A DNA stretch of 64,000 nucleotides from the human T2T-CHM13v2.0 reference genome, Homo sapiens. Location: assembly GCF_009914755.1 (NCBI RefSeq), contig NC_060933.1, one strand, 5' to 3'. Under the pieces are notes generated by a model. The model saw nothing but the letters and a program-made list of their open reading frames with translations, was not told the origin of the DNA and made no database searches. Below, piece after piece: positions 13,359-29,660 of this stretch. The position numbers and the translations under genes are program-made. The stretch's first letter is position 1, and each line of letters starts with the position of its first letter.

Positions 13359-16007
13359 ATTAAAATTCCAGAGTGACCGTGGCACTTGGGTGTACAGGTA
13401 ATTCCTCCAGAGCTGTTTGCTGGCTTCAGGAGTGGAGTGAGAATTTCTTTTTTATGAAAAGGGATATAAAGGCACCGAGCTGATGCAGTATTTGTAATAT
13501 TAAGTTGACCTAACAAGGTATTTGCATGAGTCACAATTACAAAGTTTTGAGCGGTTTTGTAATTTGACATTTAGGAAAGTCTCCTATTTATTCTCATACT
13601 TTACATTCATGCTTAGTATACTATAGAGGATGCCAGCTTTAATCTTTCTGTCATTTAAAGCAATATGATAAGGGTATTCAATAATTGGGTGCCCTAAATT
13701 TCTGGATGAGAAAATTTTCAATTCTGGCCATGAGAAAGAAAAAAAAATAAACAGCCTTCTTTTTTTTTCCTTTGTTTTAAAACTGTGGTTTTTTAAAAAA
13801 GCAATAATTAACTCAGACCTCACTAAAAATCATTTTTGTTTTTATATTGTTATGTCATAAGCTCTATTATGTTATTCTAACAAGTAGCAATTTCACAAAA
13901 TTTGTATGTAGATGTTAACGCACATTTCCTTTGCTTCTTTTATTAGACTAGTGTTGACTTTGGGGGGGGACATTTATTCACAAATGAGAAGTAGGCACAA
14001 AGTAAAAAATGGAACCATCTACTAACAAGGATCCTTTAAAACTGCCAAGGGAGCTCTAACTTGAAGCCACATCCTACAGATGGCAGCCCAAATAGCACAT
14101 GGGCAATTGGCACCATCTTTATATGGTTGAGTCTCCTGAATATTTTGAATGAATTCTCAACAAAATGTGCTAGCCACTGGGGACGCAAAACAAGTAAGAT
14201 CCCTGTTGCAAGAAATTCATTTTATAGTGAGGGAGGTTGGCATGGAGACTAAAATTCTCAGGAAAATGAGATCCGTGTTAGATTAGAAGTCCTGATGTGA
14301 AATGGGAGGACTCAGGAAGGAGGATCGTCTTTACCTGAGGATTTCTAGCCAGAGGTCCCAGATGCCTGGGCTGAGAACCCAGCGATAAGGGGGCGTTCCC
14401 AAAGCAGACACAGGGATAAGAACAGAGGAGGCAGCAGCATTGCACAGCCCCAGGCACAGTGGCAGTTAGGATGGCTGGAGAGTAGGATAGTTCTATGGGT
14501 TGCCCAAAAAATGTGATGTGCTTCATGTTTTCTCTGACTCATGGATCTGGTAGAGACCATAGACATGATATAGACTAACTTCCCCATTTTTCACAAGAGG
14601 AAACCATCCTTATGACTTACCTTAAAGTTTTTTGTTCTGTTTTGAAGGAAACCATGTGCTTCATGAAACCTACAGTTGACAAGAGAATGTACAGCTAAGA
14701 GAAAAGCTTAAGAGGCCACACTATTCGCGGAATGGCTTTAGAGGCAGATGAAGTGGTCTTTGACCACAGTTGATTGAACCAGAGCACTTATTGCTTAAAG
14801 AATAACAGAGTTCTAGAGCTGGGGGTTCTTGGGCCATGCTCCGTGTGTGGATAAGGAAAGAAATACTGTTTCTGGGACTCTCCCACAGTCACAAAGCTGT
14901 TTTCACTGTGGCCCCTACATCTCTTAACTTTTGCTATTACTCCTATGCTGCCTTCCGGATTACTGCTGTCTATCTTCTTGCTCCACTCACTGAAGATCCT
15001 ATTATAATCCCATGAAAATGTAAATTACAGTTTACTTGGGAGAGCCAGATTTTCTCTGTGCTCTTGAGTTTTTTATTCATTCAAGAAACCTTGGGCCACC
15101 GCTTTGTACATAGCACCGTGCTAGGCTCTGGGATCCCAAATGGACCCTTTTAACTTTCTGAAGATGGGACCGTCCCCTGGAGGAAAGTCATTCCTGCCTA
15201 ATCCATCGAGAGAAAGAGGCTTACGAAAAACTTTGCCTCTGATGCTCAGCCCCACCCCCAAATAGCACACAAGCTTGTTAACCCCACCTCTTACAAAATG
15301 TTTAGATTCTGTAGGTGTTAAAAGCCTTTCTGGAAGTATTGCATTCTGCCGTGTTTATAGGTGTTCACTTTCCTCCAGAGCTGATTAACTACTGACATGA
15401 CTTGGCTTTCTCATCCAGAAATTATGGAAACAGGGTCTGTCAGTGGCAGGAGGCCGTGCTGTGTTTTACTTGGATGACACAATGCAGTTTACTTGCCTCT
15501 TCATACCCATGCATGCTGCTCACCCTAGACAATGACATATAAGCCGTATATAGATCAATGTCCACATATATATACACACACACATATATATATATAAAGT
15601 GTAACAAGGAACACTAAAACAGTGTTGATTCTTGTCTCTGAAGACAAATAATTAAACCTTTTTTTTCCCAACTAAAGAATGGATTTAATTAAACTATGTA
15701 TTGAAAAAAAAGTAGCCTAAGTGTTAGAGATGGTGAATATATTCCATTTTAGTTAAAGAACAAATTTCCTGAATTTTAAGCATTCAGTGAGCTGCCAATT
15801 TTGATTTTGTGTTGCTCTTTACCCAAATTATTTTTTCTTTGTTTTTCTTTTTTTGGGGGAGGAGGGGAAAAAAGCAGCAATACTGTGTTTGGAAATTATA
15901 CTCTGTATCTGGTTTTCCTGTGTATGTTAACCACTTAAATGTTATTATCCTGCTTTGGTTTTAGAGTGATTGTGAGGCATTCAATGCAAGTATACAGTTA
16001 TTTTCTC

Positions 16008-16013
16008 ATTAAA
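16008..16013 (+). terminator. Distal poly(A) signal ATTAAA of PALM2AKAP2
   Basis: ATTAAA preceded by TGTA/U-rich elements and followed by GT-rich sequence. Confidence 0.7.
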
Positions 16014-16383
16014 ATCCAATGTGTGTTGAGTTTTTATAAATAATGGCTGCTTGTTTGACCGTGAGGGAGGTTGGAAGACTGGGCCAAACAGTGGCACGCC
16101 AGCGTCCTACTTGGCCGCTACTGTGTGACAGCTTCTGGTTCCTCATGTTTGCAACAAAGGAATCAATCCGAGCTGAGGGGGCACTGCTGCACCAGGCTGT
16201 TCCCACAGCCCCCTTTTCAATGCTGTCCCCAGCCACCCTGGCTAGATGCCAGAAGCTGCAAGTGCCTCTTAAGGACATAGACTCGAAGCCACAGCAAGAG
16301 CTGGACAAACAGCAGGACGAACGGTAAACTCCAGCCTTGCCTGTAGCTTTTGGCTCTAACCTTTAGAATACATTATGAGCACC

Positions 16384-16979
<596 letters not shown>

Positions 16980-17894
16980 CGAAGACCACAAGTTTCTCAG
17001 GAAGCGTCCTCCCTTCTACTTCCTCCCTCCCGCTTCAGTCTCCGGCTGCTCCATCCCATCACCGAGCCCTGGGCCCCTGACCCCTGACCATCAGTTTTCC
17101 TAGTCTTTCCCTCGGCCCCTCCTCTTCCTGGTACTTCCTTTCCAGCTGCCTTTTTCTCTCTCTCCGCATTTGTAACTCTTCCAGCCTTTTTCTCCCCAGG
17201 ATTTCCAACCATATCTTCCTGTTCTGAGCATCTGGGGGTGTTCTGTGGCACCTGTCAGGGGTGATATCTTTCAACCTCTAAGTGGTGAGAGTTCTGAATT
17301 TGGAAGTGGGGGCACCCCTTTAAAAATTTGATCAAAGTCTAGTAACAGTGGATAACACTTGTGAATGTCACTGAGAATGTGACAGGCACTCCAGGCTCTC
17401 CATGACTATGATACATTTATATTTATATTTATATTGATTTCCATTTTACATAGTAGGAAACTGCAGCCCCGGGAGGTTAGTTTTTCAATGCATAGCTTGT
17501 AAATGGTAGTGCTTGCATTTGAACCCCGGCTCTTAACTGCTCTTCCCACAGAAGCACACATTGGCAGCTTCACATGCGTGTGAAGTCGAAATGGGCTTGC
17601 ACCATCTCCCCGCACTGTACTGTCCAGGAAAGAGGCTCTCAGGGATCAAAGCCAAGGCTGTGATAGGAGCCCAAGTCTAGGGGAAGAGTGAGGTTTTGGT
17701 GGGAGCAACAAAGAACTTTCTTCCTTTGGATGAACTTTCTCTGGGCTCTTCTCTTCGAGATCATCTCTCCCAGGAGATGGTGACAGCAGATGGCCCAGGC
17801 ATCGCAGCTGCCAAAAGAAAGGACCCAAAATTGACTGCAAATAGGGTGATAAAAATGTGATAAAATTAAACTGTGGTGATGGTTGCACAATTTT

Positions 17895-18280
17895 ATTTTT
17901 ATTTTATTTATTTATTTATTTATTATACTTTAAGTTTTAGGGTACATGTGCACAATGTGCAGGTTAGTTACATATGTTTACATGTGCCATGCTGGGGTGC
18001 TGCACCCATTAACTCGTCATTTAGCATTAGGTATATCTCCTAATGCTATCCCTCTCCCCTCCCCCCACCCCACAACAGTCCCCAGAGTGTGATGTTCCCC
18101 TTCCTGTGTCCATGTGTTCTCACTGTTCAATTCCCACCTATGAGTGAGAACATGCGGTGTTTGGTTTTTTGTCCTTGTGATAGTTTACTGAGAATGATGA
18201 TTTCCAATTTCATCCATGTCCCTACAAAGGACATGAACTCATCATTTTTTCTGGCTGCATAGTATTCCATGGTGTATATG
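17895..18280 (-). mobile_element. 5'-truncated L1PA (PA2-4-like) 3' end inserted into an older L1M fragment
   Basis: ATACTTTAAGTTTTAGGGTACATGTGCAC…; TSD GGTTGC(A/T)CAATTTT at 17881-17894 and 18281-18294. Confidence 0.92.
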
Positions 18281-18309
18281 GGTTGCTCAATTTTAAATGT
18301 ACTGAGAAT

Positions 18310-18530
18310 CATACACTTGAAATGAGTAAACTTTGTTAAGTAAATTATACCACAATAAAGTTCCAGCAAAAAAAAAAAAAAAAAGAAAGAAAGAAAGAAA
18401 GAAAAGAAAAAGAGTTGGAGGTAGTAGAGGGAGTAGGAAAATAAAGAAACCAGAGTAAGAGTTTGGGGAAAGGGGCTTTATGTTGAATACAACAAAAGGA
18501 GTCCTTCATGTCAACATGTAGCCATCAGCT
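18310..18530. repeat. Inverted repeat, right arm
   Basis: 18431-18530 is the exact reverse complement of 16736-16835. Confidence 0.95.
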
Positions 18531-19534
18531 CTCTCACTAATGAGGAATAAAGCTTCCTCTCCAGGCTGCCTCCAGGAACCAGGGGCAGTGGTGCTGTGAC
18601 CACGTATGGATTCAGTCCTGGTCCTGTTTCCATCCATCACTACTAACATCTGGAGGCCTCAGGCAGAGGTAGGGATGAGATTTGGCAGGCAGGCGTGCTG
18701 GGAAGGAAGGAACTCAGGCCATGTGTGAAAAAGCAAGTCTCCTGCAATGGTAGAGGAGGGTACAACACTCACAATGGAAGTTATTTTTTGGGATGCTCTA
18801 ACCACAAAACTACCAATGTTAAAAGGCATTAACCCTTTACCCAGTAGAGGGCAGTTATGCAGGGTCTTTGCTCTGTGATGTGTATCTGTGGGAAGGGATG
18901 GGGGCCTGTGTCCATTACCCAGGCTCATCTCCCCTGTTTTGTATTTGTGACAGAGGCTGTCATTGTGAGACACACAAGGCCATGAGGTTACTTTGGAGCA
19001 CTGCTCATTTTAGTTAGGGGATTCCTGGGCCATGAGAGGGCAGTGACTATACTCCTCCCTACACGGAACTCACACCAAATTCAGAATTGAGCTGCTAGGG
19101 ACATAGAGAACAAATGGGAAATTGAAAAGGAGAATGCAAAAGATTTTAAATGTACAAGATGACACCAAGTGAAAAAATGGGGACTCAGGAAATACCTGGA
19201 GATGCCACATCGGCAATTTCTAAATGTTGCCCAAGCATTCACATGCTTTCTCTGGGAGAAAGAAGAGTATTTGCATGGTGCGCATTGTTTCATGTTGCGA
19301 AGACATGGTGATCTCAATGTCAGTTAACCTTGATGGGAGAGTTATCCAAACTCTGGATGGAGAGTTCTCTTTGTTCTAAGTTCAAAGTGGGTGGACTCTG
19401 GACAACTGGAATGAGTCTACTGCTACCTGAGACAAGTAAAAACACAAATCAGTTTGGTTTTTCTCTGTCTGCTCATGTATGGAACATTCAGTCTCTGCAG
19501 CGGTCTTCAGCTGGTTATATCAAAGAGCCTCTGG

Positions 19535-19757
19535 TGAGCCCTGGCTCTCAAATTGGAGTGAGTTCTGCATCACCTGGAGGGCTTGTTACAAATCTGGGCC
19601 CCATTTCTGATCTACTGAATCAGATCTACTGATTCTGGGTCCCATCCCAGAATTTCTGATCAGTAGATCTGGAGCGAAGCCCCAGAATTTTCTACCTAGC
19701 TCCCTGGAGATGCTGCTGCTGCTGGTCCAGGGACCTCCTTTGAGAACCATCGGTCTA
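19535..19757. mobile_element. MER5A DNA transposon relic
   Basis: CATCACCTGGAGGGCTTGTTA…CTTTGAGAACCA. Confidence 0.75.
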
Positions 19758-20121
19758 GAGTATGAGAAATGAATATGTCTGGGCCTGCCACTTATGTTTG
19801 AAAATGGGGGAACTGATACATGACTGATAAGCTGCAAACACAGCCACGTGTGGTTCTGGGGTGTTGTGAATATTTGTTGGGGGCTTTTGTGTGTTTGTGC
19901 AGCCTACCGACTCACCATTTTGTGGGCCTTGGTGAAGCAGAACTTTGACTCCACTTAGATTCTCGAACGAGGCCCCTCCAACTGTGGCTAAACAGATTAA
20001 GAAGAAAGTGGGGGAAAGAGGAAAATATCTCTGTATGTTCAGACTTTAATTTCAGGGTAAGATCAAGGAATTCATTTGACCACTGGAAGAAGTTTTTATT
20101 ATGTGGGCTGATGCACAATAA

Positions 20122-20453
<332 letters not shown>

Positions 20454-20769
20454 TTAATAACATAAGGACCAATAACATAAGTTTGTTTGAGTGACATGGT
20501 TACATAATTTGAGATGAGAAGCAAAGTAAGAAGTTATTCTTATTTGGTCGAGGGCAGCACATCTCAATTCTGACTCCACATTAGAATCACCCAGAGAGTT
20601 TTAAAATTTGGATTCAGTTGACATGGGTTGGGGTCCAGGTATTAATATGCTCTAAGAGCATCCCAGGTGACCCATATGCAGCAAGCCTTGAGCAATACCA
20701 CCCTGTGCAGTGGCTCTAACCTGTGCTTACATTAGGATCAGCTCAAGTGATTTTAAAAATACTAGTGCT

Positions 20770-21717
<948 letters not shown>

Positions 21718-22247
21718 GTTTCTTTCTTTCTTTTTTTTTTTTTTTAAGTCTCACCTGGAAGCAGGCAGCTAGTTCCTGCACAGAGGTCTCTGGACAGGAC
21801 CCTCAAATAGACTTTACTTTTGCAAATGTCTGCCCATCCTCACCCGACCCTCCAAATTCAAAGGAAGGATATGAGCTTTCCCTGAGGTTCTGCAGGCCAC
21901 AGGATGCATCCTTTGTTGCCCTATGATTGTTTGACTCATCTGTCACCTCCACACCTAAGAATGCTGGGCACTGGGAGGAATACAGCCAAGATTGGGTTTT
22001 TTTTTTCTGTGCCCTGCAGCCTCTGGTGTTTGCCAGTGGCTGACACACCACAGGTGGACCCACCTTATTCAGAGGCAACTCTTGGGATGGATGCTGGTTG
22101 GCATGGTAACACTGAAGGATTCTTTTTGGAATCCTGGGCACCACAGTCATATTGCTTGTTGCTACACCCTTTCTGACAGTTTGAGTTAAAGCAGAATCAT
22201 AAAAGGGACAATGCTAGGAGAAGCAATAAAAGAAGAGCATCACATGC

Positions 22248-23386
22248 CACCGTTTCTAAGGGTCTCACTTCTGAACATTTTATTATCTCTGCAATTAGAA
22301 TGTGTCTTACAATCCCTGCTGCGTGGGCACAGACATGAGTACCTGGCCTGACCTAAGCAAGGGAAAACTTGGGTGTGGCTATTTCTATTGGGGTCACCGT
22401 AATTGAGTTTTCAGCCTTGCTGGCCATGCATGTGTTGTTTACATACTAACCCATGCAATGGAAGGCAAGAGGAATGGACAAGCCTTAGAATAGATTTTAA
22501 ACATTTCAAAGAATGAGAAGCTATTGTAAATAATTTGTTCATCATTTGGATCACTTTTAGGATGGCAAGCATGAGTTTGATGGAAGCTGCCTGCTTATTT
22601 AACTATGAGCTTAGTCCAGTGGGAAAGTGCCAGTCACCAAATTTACAGAATGGGTATGGCTGACTTGGAAGGAAATACCAGATTCAATAGTGGAGTACCC
22701 CCTTAAGAAATACTGTGCTGGCAAGGCACAGTGGCTCATGCCTGTAATCCTAACAACTTTGGCAAGCTGAGGCGGGAGGATTGCTTGAGGCTAGGAGTTT
22801 GAAACTAGCCTGGGCAACAGAGTGAGACTGCATCTCTACAAAAGCAAAAAATTAGCCGGGCATGGTGGCACACACCTGTAGTCCCACTTGGAGGCTGAGG
22901 CAGGAGGATCACTTGAACCCAGGAGGTTAAGGGTGCAATGAGCTACGATCATGCCACTGCACTCCACCCTGGACAACAGAGCGAAATCCTGTCTCAAAAA
23001 AAGAAAAGAAATACTGCACTGACACACATGGCCACAGAGGATGATCATGTGTATAAAAATGTGGAAAAAGAACTCAGGAGAGCTAGACTTTAACATAAAG
23101 ATGTCTTAGGAATACCTTTAGACTTTAACACAAAGATGTCTTAGGAATACCTTGGCCAATTTATTTTGTTTGTTCTTCCCTTTTTTATGCATGCACAAGA
23201 GTGATGTATCATAAATATCTATATTTAAATAAGCCCAAAGGAGCTATTCAATGGGCACAAAATAAACATTCTCAGTGATCAGAGGGTATTGGGTTGTGGT
23301 CTAAATGGCAGTGCTTTTTCTTAATGGTTATATTTAGAAATTCAAATTCCAATTGATGGCGTATGAGATTTGATGAAATGTGGTAA
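22248..23386 (+). mobile_element. Tc2/pogo-class (Kanga-like) DNA transposon relic interrupted by an Alu (22720-23008)
   Basis: Terminal GATTTGATGAAATGTGGTA; fossil transposase peptide EWVWLTWKEIPDSIVEYPLKKYC at ~22648-22716. Confidence 0.6.
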
Positions 23387-23732
23387 TAGGGCAGCTACAA
23401 CCTATTACAACTATATGCTAAGTCATGTTATTCCTCCCTTTTCACTTTTAAGAAACTGAAGCACAAATAGTTGAAGTGATGACTCGCATAAAGTCATCCG
23501 TATCTAGGCAGTCTTACCAAAGTCAGAGTTCTTAACCACAGAACTGAAAAGAATTATCAGTGAGGCAAAGACATTTTAACTTTGTGTTGAAGCTCGAACA
23601 AGAGACTATAGTCACCTCTCCTCTGTATTGTGTTGAGAACAACACAATTTCTCTTTATACTGAGAATGTGGTTTGGGGAAGAGCTTGAGCTTATTACACC
23701 TGGAGCCTATCATCTCTCTAAAGGTAGTAAGG

Positions 23733-23985
23733 GGCCAGGTGCCATGGGTCACACCTGTAATCCAAACACTTTGGGAGGCCGAAGTGGGTGGATCACTTGA
23801 GGACAGGAGTTCAAGACCAGCCTAGCTGGGTATAGTAGTGGGGGCCTATAATCCCAGCTACTCAGGAGGCTGAGGCAGGAGAATCACTTGAAACAAGGAG
23901 GTGGAGTTTGCTGTGAGCTGAGATCATGCCATTGCACTCCAGCCTGGGTGACAGAATGAGACTGTCTCAAAAAAAAAAAAAAAAA
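23733..23985 (+). mobile_element. Alu with internal deletion
   Basis: Alu consensus lacking the linker region. Confidence 0.85.
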
Positions 23986-24047
23986 GTAAGGGAGCTAGGA
24001 TGCATAAGAAAACCCCTAGTGACAATTCTAAGTGTCTTTGTAGCATC

Positions 24048-25316
24048 TGCAATTGCTTAACACATTCTTCCTGCCCACTGCAGAGAAAAAACCATCTTGC
24101 TGAGACCATGGTATTGCAGTAAAGAGTGTAATTAATGCAAGGCTGGCCATGCAGCAGACAGAGTTATTACTCAAATCAGTCTCCCCAAAGGCTTGGGTTT
24201 TTCAAGGATAGTTTGGTGGGCAGGGGGCTAGGAAATGGGGAATGTTGACTGGTTGGGGATGAAATCATAGGGATGTGGAAAATGGTCCTTGTGCACTGAG
24301 TTCACCTCTGGCCAGGGGCCACAGTAACTGTTGAGTCACAAGTCACATGGATCCAGACAGAGTCAGTTGGTTGCCAGAAATGCAAAACTCTGAAAAACAT
24401 CTCAAAGACCAATCTTAGGTTCTACAATAGTGATGTTACTTATGGGAGTGATCGGAGAAGTTACAGATCCTGTAGCCTCCAGAACAATGGCTGGTGTAAG
24501 TTAATGAATGTGCTTTGGTCAAGGATAGGCCAAGGTAGGATGTTTATATCCTGTATGACTCAGCGAGTTTGTAGTGCAGGTGTGTAACTCTGCTTGTTAT
24601 AATGTAAACACAGCTATGTAGCCATAATATGGGAAGGCCATCACTTGGCTCTATGCCACTATTGTCTGTAAAAGGTATAACTGCCCTGCTGACACTGTAC
24701 AGATGCTCACACCCTAAGAAAGAGAAAGAGTCAAAGCTGACTTTGCAGATAGACAGAGGGGAGCCAGGACACCGCTCAGCTTGCTCGTGCCCAGAGAGAG
24801 AAAGAGTTAAGCTGCTGACCCTGAAGGGCGAGCTGGCCATGCAGCCGTGCATGGGAGCTGCCAGAGCAAGCAGCCAAGACAGAGCAGACAGTGTAAGAGA
24901 GCTGCTGATGAGACAGTGTAAGAGAGCTGCTGTATTTCACCTACCTACGGCCCCCCAAATGTTCTTTCAGCTATCTGCCATTTATCCACCCACTCCCTTC
25001 GGACCTCAGCATGGGCTGGAACCGGACCCTGGACCTAGCCGCTGGTTACCATTTAACTACACCTATATCTTAGCAGAATTCAGGCCCCTCTTGTAATCCT
25101 AATCTTGTGGCCTTTCATTAGTTTTACAAAGGTGGTTTAGTTTAGGGAAGGGCTATTATCATCCTTGTTTTAAACTATAAAATAAATTCTTCCCATGGTT
25201 AGGTTGGCCTACACCCAGGAATGAGTGATAACAGCTAGCCTGTGAGGTTAGGGGCAAGATGGAGCCAGCCATGCTAGATTTCTCTCACTGTCATAATCTT
25301 TGCAAAGGTGTTTTCA
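24048..25316 (-). mobile_element. LTR8-family (ERV1) solo LTR, interrupted by LTR18
   Basis: TTATTACTCAAATCAGTCTCCCC and terminal TTTGCAAAGGTGTTTTCA. Confidence 0.75.
24495..25040 (+). mobile_element. LTR18-family solo LTR nested in LTR8
   Basis: TGTAAG…TGTGCTTTGGTCAAGGATAGGCC, CCACTATTGTCTGTAAAAGGTATAACTGCCCTGCTGAC; 5-bp TSD GCTGG. Confidence 0.72.
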
Positions 25317-25409
25317 AATCTCTATATCTTTTGACCCAAAACTGGTTAGGAACAACACAGAGCAGGTGTGTATGTGACCAGCTGGGTTCATTCTAATTTT
25401 TTTTTTTTT

Positions 25410-26048
<639 letters not shown>

Positions 26049-27635
26049 CTAGAGGGTTGATGTCTTTTCTCACAAGGGTTCAACCTTTGGGATCAGGCAG
26101 GGAACACAAATTAGGGGCCTGATGCGTTTTCTGTGGAATTGTTGACAGTTTGCTTATTTTAGATCAGATTTCTGACTTACAAAGTTGCCGTGAGAATTAA
26201 GCCATATGTCATATGCAAAGTGTTTGGTGAGAGGTTGATACAGATGTGCTTAGAGTTCATTCCTTCTAAATTCCTACATTTAGGAATACTTATTTGAGTG
26301 CCTACTATGTCAAGTTCTATGAATATAAAGAACAAATTAAAAAGGGGGGTTCTTAGGATGGTTTCAACTGGAATTGGGGAAGTACGTTAAGTTCTCTCTT
26401 AGCACTGGGAGTTTGGGAACATAGCTGCTCTGAGGTCAGGCAATGTTTTCACACCTGCGTTTCCTTAACTATTCAATAGACCATCCAGTGAGAACCTGTA
26501 CTGTCTTAGCATGCTTTTAATTTTTCCACTCACTATTGGATTCATCTAATTGTGTATTCTTCTGGACATGAGAGAGACTGCTAGGTGATAAGATGTTTAG
26601 TAAAAACGAGAATTATTTCAGAACTCATTAGTAGAGGATCACAAGGTTCCAGGCGCTCTAAAGGAGAAATTTAGGAAGGAACTTCCCAAGATAAGCATGA
26701 AGGTGGCAGAAGTTCCTTCGTTGATAATGGAAAGGGTTAAAGATCAAATCAAAATTATTGACAGGCTCAGGGAAAAATGCTGGCTTGAACCCCAGGTGGC
26801 TACAATCCCTCTTTAATGAATTAAAATCTACAGGTACTTAAAGATAATGGAAAGGGTTCCTCACACTACTTTCAGTGTTTTCAGTTGACTCAAGATGTTC
26901 ACCTTTACCTGCAAGTATAGAATGTGACCAGGAGGTGGCAGTGGTCCCTAAAGGAAAAGCAGCTTGTATAGCTAGGAGCCTTCCTCGGAGGCCAGGAGGA
27001 CTTTTCTTACCCTTCACACTAACCAGGAATCCATGAGATGTACATATAGCTATTCCCAAAACACTACAATGAACACCCACATGTGTGCCGTCCTATCTGT
27101 AGATCAAATGTGGCACTTACACACATTTAAATAGAAAACTGACCTTGTCGCCAGATGGCAGAGGATACCTGCATGCTTCTGTCAGTCATGGCTCATCCTT
27201 CTCAAGGGCTAGCTCTGAACTAGGCACTGTGCTGAGCATCTGCTATGGATTATTCCATTAAATTTTTACCATGCTCCTTTGAGATACATACAGCTAGTTT
27301 CACCTCCATTTTACAAAGGAAGGAACTCACTCAGAGAGTTTGATTAACTTGCATGAAAGGAGAGATCCAAACCCAGGCAGTCGGAGCCAAAGCCTGTGTT
27401 CTTACCTCCCAAACTTTCCTTCTCATCAGCTTCATTCAATAGCAAACAAACTCCTAGTCTTGGTCCTGCGCCAGGTCTGCTTTTTCTCAGACCAGTGGCG
27501 CCTACCTTCAGCACAGACCAGTGCCAAGAAGGGAGATGGTACAACTGAGTTGGAAATTAGGCTGTGTACAATGAAGTGGCTCAGACATGGGGATAAGGGT
27601 GGGGTGCTGACAGTGTCTGATAAAAGCACCCATTG

Positions 27636-28040
<405 letters not shown>

Positions 28041-28151
28041 TTATCACAAATGTCTACTGAGTTATGCAAATATTCTGGCCTGCCATAAGAACAATCTCCA
28101 GCTCCCCATCCTGCAGTTGCAGTGTCTGTTTCCCGACCTCCTGCTGTTCAC

Positions 28152-28155
<4 letters not shown>

Positions 28156-28194
<39 letters not shown>
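28156..28194. repeat. (AC)n microsatellite
   Basis: Direct reading. Confidence 0.97.
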
Positions 28195-28195
<1 letters not shown>

Positions 28196-29369
28196 TTTAC
28201 AGAATCACCCCAGTACTAAGGTGCCCATTTCTATATTGAGTAGAATACAGCCAATAAAGAGACCCAGTAAATAATTCAGTGGCTGAAAGAAGATAGAAGT
28301 TTCTCTCTCACGTTACAGCCCAAGGGGAGCATGTGAGGTCTGAAGGCAGATTTGTTCTAAGCAGTCATTTAGAGGCTCAAGCTCTTTCCACCCTGTTGCT
28401 CTGTTACCTCCACAACCTTGTTGTCATGGGCATGGTCCAGCCTTAGGAAACTGTAAGGTGCGGTAAAGCATTTACTGAAAATACAGGTGGTTCCATTCCC
28501 TGAACCAGTAGCTGTAGCTTCCTTGCCTTGATTGGGACAGACAGCTGACCAACTTCTGAAGATTAGGAAACAGCCATGCCAGGGTTCCTGCTGCTACTGT
28601 AGATGCTGGCAAAAGAACAACTCAAACTAAGCCCAAAGCATAAGCTGTTAGAAACTGATTAAGGGTGCACATCCTCCCTCATTATTCAGTCCGCACCTAG
28701 TTTATTCCTTCCCGTAGTTAAAACAGCAAAAGCTATGAGGAGAATAGCTCCAAGGACAGATGGGAGAAACACAGGGGAACTTTCCATTAATCCTGGAAAG
28801 GCCTCTGGGTTGCTCAGGAGATCCTCTATATGCACACGAGACAGCATTATCATCTGAATGCTCACAATCCACAAATCCTGCATCTCATGGGAGCAGTGTT
28901 CTTGCGCTTAAGAAGGCTCCATCACAGACACACAGAAATACTGTAAAAATAAAGTGACTATGTTCAGATGTCCCTTAGCCACGTTACCTATGTCTCACTC
29001 CAGGGCAGCTAAGGAGGGCTTTTCAGAGCCTCTCAGGGTCATGCGGGTGTTTGTACTTGTGGCAGTTTCTCTAATTCTGAGTTTGCAAGCCTTGCAGACT
29101 GACCTGAAGAAAATGGCTGTGGCTGTCGAACACGTTTGCCATGTGGTTTAGTCTGGGTTCATTTCAGCTGGTCTGGATTGATTGCGTGCTTATCTCCAGA
29201 GCTACCTGCTGCATGGTAGTGACCTTAGCTAAAACTATGGAATGCATTCACTAAAGAGAAATAATGTGTTTTAACCATGAGTTCCTGAGTAGTTTCCCGA
29301 AAGGATGTACCAGTCTACCTGCAATGTTTAGTAATCATAATAATTATTATATGCATCTGATGTTGGTGG

Positions 29370-29660
29370 AGCCTGGGTTGACCTTTAAGGCTGGCCATGT
29401 AGCTGGAATGGCCTAGGGGACCAGCTCACTAGAAGAGACCCTCCCTGCAAGTAGACCTGGGTTTCCAGTTCTCATATTCTCTGTGTGAACGCTGATGGTG
29501 TCTGAGACCTAGAAACCAAGCATGTCTTGTGTGACTCAGCAATGGGAAGACAAAGAAGCCTGTGCCTGAGAGCTGCAGATCCCTTTTGATACTCTTCTCT
29601 CTCCTGCGGTTGCAGTATTGTACCCTTTACCTGTAATAAAGCTGTCTGAGTATAAACTCA
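29370..29660 (+). mobile_element. Old ERVL-type LTR 3' part (MER21/MER68-like)
   Basis: GAAGCCTGTGCCTG…CCCTTTACCTGTAATAAAGCTGTCTGAGTATAA resembles these LTR ends; family uncertain. Confidence 0.4.

Larger units (their letters stand above)
12026..16040 (+). other. PALM2AKAP2: AKAP2/PALM2AKAP2 3'UTR (~4 kb)
   Basis: Alu-free, AT-rich stretch after the stop codon, ending with ATTAAA and downstream GT/T-rich sequence. Confidence 0.8.

Noticed and set aside
19621-19671. Hairpin with a 13-bp perfect outer stem
   Set aside because: Inside MER5A, which is intrinsically palindromic; no support for a miRNA
24629-25096. 155-aa ORF
   Set aside because: Lies within LTR18/LTR8 sequence; no retroviral protein motifs
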